Source: the human T2T-CHM13v2.0 reference genome, Homo sapiens. From it: a stretch of 64,000 nucleotides of DNA. Under the pieces are notes generated by a model. That model was not told the origin of the DNA and made no database searches. It saw nothing but the letters and a program-made list of their open reading frames with translations. Each line of letters starts with the position of its first letter. Within the stretch, counting starts at the first letter, position 1. Shown here piece after piece: positions 53,401-64,000 of the stretch. The position numbers were made by a program, and so were the translations under genes. The DNA lies in the NCBI RefSeq assembly GCF_009914755.1, contig NC_060947.1; one strand, 5' to 3'.

Positions 53401-54143
53401 TCTCGGTAAAGGACTGACAAGATGCCTCGTGGAGAGGATTTCTATTCTACTAGGTGGCACTGAAGGCCTTGAAATACCATGTGCTTTCCTGACAAAAGGT
53501 AAAGTGAGAGATGTTCACTGTTGGGGGGAGACCCTTTGTTTCCAGAAAATCACACACAATAATGGCATTTCCTTGAGCTACATTCCTGGTTACTATAACA
53601 TTTGCTGATTTTGCCTAGCAGGATTATTTCCCTGAGCTGTAAAAATTTCTGCAGCATTGCATACAGAGAAGGGACAGTAAATGTAATGACCATGGAAGAA
53701 AAGGAGGAAAGTGTGATAGAAAAAGCTTGGAGATCCTGTTGCTGACATCCAATGGTAAGTTGGAGGCTGGGCTTAGCCCAGAAGCCTTCAGGTACCACAG
53801 AAGTGTGTAGCCCCAGCCAGGAATTTTCAGTTGCCACTGGACCTCTTCCAACCCCCACAAAGGCTAGGCTCTCTGTGAAAGAAAACCAGTTAGAAACAGA
53901 ACCAACATTCCTGGCACCCTGAGGGCATTGGGGAATTTGCTAAGTCCTCCCCAGCAAGTCTGTCATCTGAGTCTTGAGAATAGTGGCCACCCTAAAGATC
54001 TCTTAAATGGCCATGAAACACCTGGTTGGGGTTTTATTTTAAAATTTAGGGCAGAGGGCCTCAAAATAAAAGTAAAGAGTTGGGGTCCACTCCCATATTC
54101 ACCCTTCTGTTGAATCTGCCTTGGATCCTGAGGGATCTTACAA
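50430..54143 (-). mobile_element. Class I ERV internal region (HUERS-P3-like): leader, decayed gag, pro and 5' half of RT
   Basis: RT EWRLVQDL..NPYTLL..WFTVLDVKNAFF (50546-50842); protease LDTGA at about 51335; zinc knuckle CYQCGKSGHFKKDCP at about 51580-51625. Confidence 0.9.
51187..51265. repeat. (TA)n-rich microsatellite plus T tract inside the ERV protease region
   Basis: Seen directly. Confidence 0.85.
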
Positions 54144-54789
54144 TGAAACAGCCTCGATGTCTGGAGTAACACCTGAGATTCATTGTCTCACAGCCACAGA
54201 AAACAAGGATGCAGACACACAAAGAGTGAGGTTGAAAGTGGAAGTTTAATAGGTAAAAGAAAGAGAATAGCTCTCTGCTACAGAAAGGATACCAGAAAAA
54301 TGGGTTGCCAAATTCACAGTGAAATGCAGGGTTTTTTATTGATGAGCTAGTGGGGAGATGATATCTGATCTCCGTAGGGCATGAAAAACTGGTTGGAACA
54401 GGTGTATCATTTGCACAGGGTGTGAATCTCTTGTAGCCCCCACCCTAAACTTTTCTTATACAGGTGGGTTCTCTGCCCGAGCTGTGCCATTTTGCCCCCC
54501 GTTTTTTTATTATTATTACTGTACATGTGGTAACAAAAAAAGGGAAGATGGAGCCTCCATGTTGGACATGTCTGGCCCCAAGTAACACTTGTCTATTGGT
54601 GTAGCTGCCAACATTCCTTCATGCAAGCTTCTAGCTTCCTTACTTATGTTTGCAGCTTGATTTTTCAGGCTGCACTTTGTTAGAAAAGAAATGATTTTGA
54701 AGACTGCTTTTTGTTAGAAGAGAAATTTTGCCAAGGACTCTTTTGCCCTCGCTATCTGCTTAAATAAATTCTTTCTACCTCCTGTATCA
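54144..54789 (-). mobile_element. 5' LTR of the ERV1 provirus (LTR9-like)
   Basis: Minus strand begins tgatacaggaggtagaaagaatttattt and ends tgtttca (TG...CA); abuts the leader. Confidence 0.8.
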
Positions 54790-55178
54790 TCTGCAGATGC
54801 CTGAGTGGCTGTTCTGCTGAAAGTCCACATATCTTTGTGTGTCAGAATGAATGCCCTGGTGGAGTGGGTTCATGAGGAGATCCCCTGACCCGACAGTAGC
54901 AAAGATCTGTGGGAGATGCGTGGGATCCTGGCGTCACACATTTACTCACTGCTTCCCTGGGCATGGGAAGTTTCCTTGACTCTGTGTCTTTCCTAGGTGG
55001 GCCATTGTCTTGCCTTGCTTTACTTTGTTCTCCATTGGTCAAGTTTTTTCCTTGATTTGTTTTAATGTGAGTACCTGGATGTTTCAGTTGAAGGTCCTGT
55101 ATTTATTTACCTGTTCCATTTGTTTTTGTAAAAGCCATGCACACTAGCTGCTTCTAGTTGGCCATCTTGGCCAACTCC
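54790..55178 (-). mobile_element. Isolated first 390 bp or so of an L1PA10-13-like 5'UTR
   Basis: Minus strand ggccaagatggccaactagaagcagctagtgtgc...ccttcaactgaaacatccaggtactc. Confidence 0.85.
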
Positions 55179-55181
55179 TTC

Positions 55182-55385
55182 CTGCAAAATTTACTTGCAA
55201 ATGATTCAGAATAAATGGGTGTTTGCAGGTGTGAAGATGTATGTACATAGAGAATGAGAAAGATAAAGCAAACCAAGAAAAATTTTAACATTTGAATAAT
55301 CTAGATAAAGTACATGTTGTACATTTTGGGAGCATTTTGCAACATCCTATAATTCTAAAATTATTTTAATTAAAAAAATTAAATG
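55182..55385 (+). mobile_element. L1MC-like 3'-terminal fragment
   Basis: aaatgattcagaa...gataaagcaaa...ttaacatttgaataatct...tttgcaac...aaaattatttt. Confidence 0.6.
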
Positions 55386-57774
55386 TAATAATGAACAGTG
55401 ATTTATTGTTAATATGTATCTTAAATTTTGTAATTACACATGAATTCACATAACATTTTAAGTGAAATTCATTAACATATGGTACAACAAAAATAAGTCA
55501 TAGTAATTCTATTGTAACTTCAACTTTTTGGTCTTCCTTTAAAAATATTAATGCAGTATAGTAAAACTTTCCCTAAGTTGTATATAATAGTAAGGATAGT
55601 AGTGATTTTCCATAATTATATCGGTTTTTTAATACATAATAACTCCATATGTAGTTATTATAGACTGCTAATAATGATTTTATAAATTTATATTGGAAAT
55701 GGAATTTTTGTCTCTCTTTCCCTCTGCTTTTTTTCTTTCTTCTTTTACTTGGTTAGTAAACATTTACCGAACATGACCAACCACCCAAAAGTGTGTTAAA
55801 TACAATTTGGGAAGTGGGCAGAGGGTGCAAAAATGGCACACAATGAACTGAAGGAAAAGAATGAAAAACTACAAAGTAAAGGTGATCATATATGTATGTG
55901 TGTATACCTTTGAAATGATTACTAACTTTCTAAATTAAAACCTCAAGTTGTCACTACAGGAAAATGGTGCTATCTTCAAATCTGCGAAGTCATTTGAAAA
56001 GATAATTGGAGAAAAATAAATATTATGTTTAGTTTACTATTTTTGAAAGTAATTTTGCATTTACTTTTCTATAAAGTACTATACTTATTACATACTGACT
56101 ACATGAAAAGGCACTGTTAGGGCAATTTGGCAGACTTGATACTCTGAAGCCGTTTACAGAAGTATTTTATTTTAATTATCTGTGCGTTTTGATGGTGTTC
56201 CCTCTGAGGCAGACATTTCACTTTAGTGCATTTCAGGTATGTGAAGTGCAAAGGGGGCTTGTGAAGTCCAATCCATAGACAGGGAATAGTAACCATGTAT
56301 TTTATTATTATGAAGTCATAACCATAAAGACATTTGCAAAGGAAGGTGCAAAAGTTCTGTAGCTCAGGGCAGTGATAAAATAAGCACAAAATTTACATAT
56401 ATTTTTATGAGACTATTTTCTTCATTAAGAACAAAAGTGCTTAGTATAACAACTAGCACAATCACCATGGCCTAAGACAGAGATTAACTCTAACATCTTT
56501 GGCCTTTTTGAAAAGAAATATATTTAAGCACTAAGTGAATCACTCTCCCTTTAAAGTTCCAAGGCTTTTGTGTTACAAGACCAAGAAATATATTTAAAAT
56601 TTTACTATATATGTGGATGCTCTAATTTTTTGTTTACTTTTCAAAGAGTATCTGAAAGTAAAGGTGGAGCTGCTTCCAAACAAGGATAAAGTGGCAGACT
56701 AAATTTAACACCTAAATTTAGAGAAGAATCTTGGCAAGATGGCAAAGAATGTAAACCTTGTCTTTCTAGCTTTCTTTGCTCTTTTTTTATGTCCATCTCT
56801 TATTTCTACTTTTTTCAGTATATCTTTATATAGGACAGCTCTTTCATGCTTTTTATTGTGAATCTAAAGTCATTATTTTAAGTTTATTCTTACTCTGATG
56901 TACAAAATATGTTATTATCAGGGTAATTTGTCTTTTACTAAGCAATTGGTATTGCAAAAATAATTATGGAAGTCATCTGCATTGGGTTTTTTTCTTTGCC
57001 ACTAAATTAGTTTATGATTTTGGATGTGGTCCCAGCCCCATGTGTAAATTGAACCACATTGGTTATTATCAGTGAAGATTATCATACCTCAATAATGGAA
57101 GCCATATATAACAATGTCGGGGGTATGGTTTGCAAAAATCATACAGGTAATTTGAAAGACAACCTGTGGGATGCACTTTTCTCTATACGTATACATTTTC
57201 AGTTGAGAATCATTAGACTAGAGAATCCTGAAGGCAGTTTTTACATCAAATTTATGGTCGCTGATGTTTACTAGTATTCATACAATTGTGTGTCACTCAA
57301 ATGCTGATTTGTGACACAAGAAAAATGCAGAAATACGAATAGGAGGACATTTCCACAGGGGAGTCTTGAGTCTGTTCTGATGTATGAAAGCGATTATTCC
57401 ATTGGGTGTGCTAACTATTTATTCAGTTTTGTTAATGGTAGCAATAAACAATAAATATTGATTATCAGTAACAAAATGCTTGTCACACTCCTCACAACTC
57501 ATTGTGATTCACCAGTGAATACTAACAAAACTACTACCTTTTAATTTATATGGTTCCAATATTCAATTAATCTCTATCAGTAAGGTTTTCAATTTCCAGA
57601 ATAGATCAAAAATAAAAATATTTGGAAGCAGAGAGATGTACCAGCATAAACTAAAGCACTCTACATTGGTACTCCCTGAATTGATGTTTGCATAAAATTT
57701 TCTATGGCTGTGTTGGAATAAATTAATGAAGGTGTACATTTTATGGCCCATGAGTTTTATGATTCTTCCTCTCC

Positions 57775-57900
57775 TTTCCTTGGTTTAAATCACAATTCTC
57801 TCATTTGTTAGTCTTGTGACTCTGAGCAAATATCTTTATTCTCTTAATCTCAATTTCTTCACAGTAATAATATGGAAAAAATAAGGCCCATCTCATACAA
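57775..57900 (+). mobile_element. MIR SINE fragment
   Basis: tgtgactctgagcaaatatctttattctcttaatctcaatttcttcac. Confidence 0.6.
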
Positions 57901-58059
57901 GAGAACGCATTCATACATGCATTCATAGGTTCTAAATTTGAGGATTTAAATTAAAGAAAATGTGAGGTGGCAAGAAAAAAAAGTAAACTTTGGATGTCAA
58001 TTCCAAGTAAGTAAGTGTTGGGCACATCTAGCCAGGACCAGAATTCATCATCACTCTAA

Positions 58060-59062
58060 GTTGGGCCAATTCAGGCATGAAGATTGACAGAAAGCAATAG
58101 GCATCTACACAAATAATGAGTATGTATGTATGTGTGTGTGTGTGTGTTTATATGTATATACACATATCCACACATACACATACACTTAATCATGTATCAC
58201 TGAATGAAGGGGATTCATTTTTAGAAATTGTCCTTTGGCAATGTTACCATTGTGCAAACATCATAGACAGCATTTAAACAAACCTAGATGGTATAGCCTA
58301 CTACATGCCTAGGCTATATTATATGGCCTATTACTTCTAGGCTACAAACCTCTACAGCATATTACTGTACTGAATACTGTAGGCAGTGGTAACACAGTGG
58401 TAGGTATTGTGTATCTAAAAATATCTAAACATAGAAAAGGTACAGTAAATTGTGGTATCATAATCTTATGGGACCACCATCATTTATGTGGTCCATAATT
58501 AACTAAAATGCAGCTATTCAGAGGATGACCATGTATATATGAGGGTATTTATTTTAAAAAATGGCTCGTGTCATTATAAAGTCTGGAAGGTCCCAAGACA
58601 GGCCACCTGAAATCTGGAGATTCCAGGATGATGATGATAACATAGCTCAGTCTAAGTTCAAGACCCTCGGTAACAGGAAATCCAATAGCGCAATTCTCAA
58701 TTTGAGGCTGAAGGCCTGAGAATTACAAGAGGGGAGTGGGAATGTGGGCACTTAGGTAAGTCCTGGCATCCAAAGACCAGAGATCTGGGGAGTTATCATA
58801 TTCAAGAGCAGAATAAGAAAATGTCCTAGCTCAGGAGAGTGAGAAAAAGCCACATTTTCTCTGTCTTTATATTCTATCCAGACACCCCACCAATTGGATG
58901 GTGCCTGCCCACATTGAGGGCTAATCTTTCTGACTCAGTCCACCAATTCACAAGCCAATCTCCCCTGGAACATCCCCACAGACAAACCCAGAAATAATGC
59001 TTTACTACTTCTGTAGGTTTTCTTTAGTCCAGTCAGGTTGACACATAGAACTAACAATCACA
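58060..59062 (-). mobile_element. MLT2-type 3' LTR of HERV-L/ERVL
   Basis: gaggctgaaggcctgaga; gattggatggtgcc-like cccacattgaggg; end cagtcaggttgacacatagaactaacaatcaca; internal (TG/TA)n tract. Confidence 0.85.
58187..58531 (+). mobile_element. Tigger3a (MER7A/Golem) DNA transposon inside the MLT2 LTR
   Basis: acaaacctagatggtatagcctactac...aatcttatgggaccacc; degenerate TIRs. Confidence 0.9.
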
Positions 59063-62000
59063 AATCCATCTGCTGTCAACTTGGCATTCATAAGCATCCT
59101 ATTAAACCATACTTAATCTCCAAATAAAGACAATTACAGGGTAAGACTTCTGCTGAACATAATACAACAATCCTTTATACAATTGAAGTGCATTAATTTC
59201 TCCCACAGAAAAGGAGAAAAAGTCCTCGGTGATGTTTACTTTCTCCTGCTATTCCATAACTTAAATACTGACATAAAGTCAATATATTTTACTTTACATG
59301 ATAAAAAATAAAAAGAAACAAAAACAAATATAATTGTTTAATGTGTGTGTGTGTATATATATCCACAAACATGTTCTTAACAAAATAGAGAAGAAATATT
59401 AATGACAGTTACAGTCTTTATTTCTATAACTTATCATCTGGTTGTGCCTGGTATTTATTACTACCTTCTTCTACTACCCATTCTGTATTCCTTTTGCCTT
59501 CAGCAAGCAACTCAGCTTGTCATGCTTCTTTACCTGCTAGGATAACCCAAACCTTCATCCCTGAAGGGTCTATGTCATTTTTACTATAGTCCTGCCAGTA
59601 TTGGTTTGTTGTAATTTTCCATTGACCTTACTCACAGGGAATGGTAATATTGAGCGACATCCTAAGGTATCTTCTGTATTCCAGACATACTCTCCTTTAC
59701 CTCTATTATAAAGTATTTATTCAATTTCCCCTCATTAGTCTGGAACAGTAATATCAGCCAACAACGTAACCTTGTTAGCCTGTTGGCTCAGAAGCATGAA
59801 AAGCCCAAAGTGGCAGGGTGGCAGTCTCAATTTCCAGTTCAATAAAATTATTGTTGTGTCTCCTGGTGAAACCATTTCTCCCTCTAGAAATAAGACATAT
59901 ACAACAGCAGAGCATAAATTGGTAAGAACAGGAAGAAAAAAATTGTTAGCGGGTCACTCGAATTAATGGTGACTCATGCCATTCCCATTTCTCCCCTTGA
60001 TTTCTGAACTGATAAATGCTGTCTGTGAGAGAAACAATGCCCATCTATTGGATGCTGATTTTGGCATATATAGGCTTCTTCATCTCATCCCACAAAGTAT
60101 TGTAAACTAGCTGGTGCTGTAACTGCAACATCAAAAGGTCATTTCACATTTCTATCAAGCCAGTGGCTTAAGGATAATATGGAACATAGTAAGATCAGTC
60201 AATTCTATAAACCTGAGCCCACTGCCACACTTCTTTGGCTGTGAAGTGAGTTCCTTTGTCAGAAGCAATGTTGTGTGGACTACCATGTCAGTGGATAAGG
60301 CATTCTGTACCTCCATTGATCACAGTTTTGGCAGAAGAATTGCCTGCAGAATATGCAAATCTATATCCAGAGTAAATCTCTATTCCAATAGGGCCAAAAT
60401 ACTGCCCCTTCCATAATGGAGATGGTCTAAAGTCATCAACCTTCCATCAGGCAGCTGGTTGATCACTCCAGGGAATGGTGCCATATAGGGGTTCTATGTT
60501 GGTCTCTGCTGCTGAATGATTGGACACTCAGTGATGACTGTACTCAGGTTGACCTTGGTGAGTAAAAGTTCATGTTTCTGAGCCCATAAATAACCTCAAT
60601 TCCTGCCACCATGGCCATGGCCACTTTTTTCAGGAGTCCATTGGGCAAGGACAAGGGTGACTGAGGAAAGAGACTTACTAGTATTCACAGAATGGTTCAT
60701 CTTATCCATCTGATTATTAAAGTCCTCCTCTGCTGATGTCATCTATTTGTAGGCATGCACATAGTAAACAAATATCTTTACATATTTTGCCCACTCAGAA
60801 GAGTATATTCTCATTTCTCTTCCCCAAAATTCTTTGTCACCAATTTTCCAATTATGCTCCTTCCCAAGCTCATAACCACATAGCCAAACAATTGGCTACA
60901 GCTGTATATAATCACACTTCTTGTCATTTCTGTTTTCAAGCAACATGCACCACCTGATGCACTGCCTGAAATTCTGCCCATTGAGAAGGTTTCTCTTCAA
61001 AATTGTCCATAATAGATGTCCCAGAAATGAGCCATAGTGCTGCAGTTGTCCACTTTTGAATGATGCTTTTATATCATGCAGAACCATCTGCAAACCAGGC
61101 CCTAGTATTCTCTTTCTTTGTCAACTGCTAATAAGACACTCTCTATGAGGCCATAAGTGTAGGCTGAGACAGAGAAGGCAGTGTAACAGGAGTGTGAACC
61201 ATAAATATTTGGGCCACTTCTTTATGTTATGTAGCTTAGTTGTGCTTTTAGGACCTGCTCCGGCATGATCATGTATATTCAATTTCCACATTATGATAGA
61301 GTGTTGTTGTGCACACCCAGTTTATGGCTTAGTGGGTCAGATAACACTCAATTCATGAAAGGCAGCTCAGGTTGCCTGGTAACGTGGTGGCCCATTGTCA
61401 AGCAATCAATTTCTATGAAGGCCCATTAGCGGGCCTAAAACCATCTCTCAAACAAAAGAATACTTATCTGTGAATAATAGCAGAGTGTTGTACTAAAATC
61501 CTTAGGCCTCCCACTGCTATTCACCTATAGAAGCCTAACAAAGGCTTCAATCAGCATCCCTATCTGCCATTGGCATCTTAAGTACCACTGAATCTGCTGA
61601 AGCATATAGCTCCAGTGTCAGAGTAGCTTGCACAGCAGTCTGGACCTGTTGCAGAGCCTTCTATCCTGGGATCCACTCAAAACTAGCAGCTTTTTGGATT
61701 ACTTGGTAGGTGGACCAGAGTAACAGACTCAAATGAGGAAACTATTGCCTCCAAAATACAAATAGACTTTCTAAACAATGTGCCTGTTCCTTGGCTGTGG
61801 GATGGTCCAGATGCAACAATTTATTATTTACCTTAGAAGAGATATAGTGGCATGCCTAACACCACTGGACACTAAAAGATTTCACTGAGATGGAAGGTCC
61901 CTGAATTTTAGTTGGATTTACTACCTTTGACACACAAGTATCTTATCAATAGATACAGAGCACTTGCTACTTTAAGCTCACTAGATCCAATCAGCTTAAT

Positions 62001-64000
62001 GTTATTGATGTAATGGACAAGTGTGATGTCTTGTAGAAGTGATAGTTTTTCCAAGATCCCTGATAACTAAATTGTGATAAGAGGCTGAAGTGTTTTTATA
62101 ACCCTAATGTAGGATAGTGAAGGTGTATCTTAGGCCTTGCCAGCTGAAAACAAACTTTATTTAGTAGATCTTGTAGACAGGTATGGAGAAAAAGGCATTT
62201 GCCAGATCAATAGCTGCATGCCAGGTACCAGAAAGTGTGTTAATTCACTCAAGCAATGAAGCCTCATTTGGTACAGCAGCTGCAGTTGTAGTTACCAATT
62301 GTTGAAGCTTACATGATTCACTGTTATTCTCCAGAATTCATCTGTCTTCTGCATGGGCCAAATAGGAAAGTTAAACAGGGATGTGTTGGGAATCACGAGC
62401 TCTGCATCCCCAAATTGCTTTCATTTGGCCTTTTATATCATAGTAGCCCTTATAACACAGGTCAGGGAACCAATGTGGGTATTCTTCCAGTTTCTAAGTA
62501 TTCCTATTCCAATTATGCATCTGGAACTGGGGAAATAACCTCAGTATGGGTTCAGAGATCCACTGGACCCACTGTAAGTCAGACCTGAGATAAAACTCCA
62601 TTGATTACCTGACTTCCATAAACCCTTACTCTAAGTGGAGCACCACAGTGACATTTTGGTCTCAAGGAATCAATGTCAGTTCTAAGCCACTGTTCGGTGG
62701 TTTTTGAAATGTCTAATCATTTCCTTTTTCCCAATGTACAGTTACTCTGGGAAAAGGCTGTAGGTCTCTTTGTAAAAAGATATGAGAAGTATTAACAGTA
62801 CTGAATAAATTTTCACTTTACTTGAATGTTTTCTATGTATACAGATCAAATAAAAATTTAATAGGCCTTGTAGCTATTTTACTTCTAAGAAAATCATGAT
62901 TAACTAGCCAGTACCATAGATCTACACAAGTCAGACTATTCTGATTCTTGCTTTACTTCTATCTATTATGATAACTATGCCTGACTTATTTTTGATGGTT
63001 GAGTGGGGCCACATAGTTCCTGCCACCCCAGGATCAAACTATTCCCACAGCCTTTAAGTTTTTCAATTGAATGACCACAATAAAGTCTGACTTACAAAGA
63101 AAAGCCATTATGGAGATCTTCAGAAATCCTAGGGCTCCTCTCACAAACCTATTTTTCAAAGTTTTGGTGAAGGATATGTCTTCTGGATGCTCCCATTGTG
63201 GGTGACTACATTTTAAGTGGCAAATCCACTCTAGCATTCCAGTCTTCCTAAGCTTTTGAATCCCTTCCTAATTTACATTAAATCAAGGGATATCAGGCAT
63301 CTGCAACTTAACCACAGGGGGTCAGCTTTTGATTCATGTTTCAGCTAACCAACCAAATTTTTATGACATTTTTTAGCTCTATGAGGTGTAACACCAAATG
63401 AAGAATCACTATGTGGTCTGCCCATATCAATATATTCACCCTTGTCCAACTTTATGTTTCTTTCACCATTATCCCACACCCATGATATTTGTTCCCACAT
63501 GTGTTCCCCTCACACTTATTCTTAGAAAACTCAAGTATTTCTTTCATAGAGTAGCACATCCCCTCATGGGTTACACTCTTTACCTCATCTTTAAAGGCCT
63601 GCTGGGACTTGAGTCTAGCTATAGGTCTATAAGCAAAGAGGGATGGTGGGGGTGGGTTCTGAGGAAAGTCAGTATTGTTTTGCTTGGCAACTGCCTCAGG
63701 ATATACTATCACCATTTTCTCAAGCAATATAGAGTTAACCCCTGAGACAGAAATGCAAAGGCCTGTACTACTGTCGGTGATGATGATGCTGTCACAGTGA
63801 ATGAGGATGAGGGCGGGTAGGTCACTTCAGACAAATAAGAGTAATAAGAATTTAGGAACCAAATGTTCCCAGCCTCATCAGGATTTTCTGCATACTCCCA
63901 ACCCAACTTACAGGATCTCATTTTTTCCATCAATATATAACTTCACTTTAAATTAGACACACTGGGAGACTGATAATTCAACTTTTATTGTAATTGAGCT
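59063..64000 (-). mobile_element. HERV-L/ERVL internal region: decayed gag, pro, RT, RNase H, integrase, dUTPase; continues past window end
   Basis: dUTPase PGDTTIILLNWKLRLPPCHFG (about 59800-59870); integrase SDKGTHFTAKEVWQW (about 60220-60265); RNase H WFADGSA (about 61080); RT LVHYINNI (about 62000); gag MLEWICHLK (63034-63237). Confidence 0.93.

Noticed and set aside
54125-54143. tRNA-Pro primer-binding site next to the 5' LTR
   Set aside because: Position fits, but only about half the bases match TGGGGGCTCGTCCGGGAT, too degenerate to call.
57289-57318. Small hairpin tgtgtca-ct-caaat-gctg-atttg-tgacaca
   Set aside because: Too short for a pre-miRNA and plausible by chance in 64 kb.

Overview
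Primate, human-like, AT-rich genomic DNA. By eye roughly four-fifths is interspersed repeat. I find no supportable protein-coding gene, RNA gene or CRISPR-type system. The listed ORFs are decayed L1 ORF1/ORF2, MaLR, ERV1 or ERVL fragments, or chance ORFs. Main contents in order: (1) an L1PA16-like element carrying an AluSg and an inverted L1MA ORF2 segment; (2) an old L1M; (3) a complete MST MaLR; (4) an AluY; (5) a nested L1 cluster at about 19.5-36 kb with several visible TSDs; (6) a near full-length minus-strand L1MA; (7) a THE1; (8) an LTR cluster (LTR8, MER21, MER4); (9) a truncated LTR9/HUERS-P3-like ERV1 provirus; (10) a HERV-L/MLT2 provirus running off the window end. The most notable observations are a perfect 62-bp AT palindrome grown inside LTR8, a candidate 30-nt L1 3' transduction, a twin-primed L1 with a distant inverted piece, and several junctions implying old deletions or inversions. 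I do not see a new biological system. Subfamily names come from remembered consensus features, not a database search, and boundaries of old repeats are approximate.
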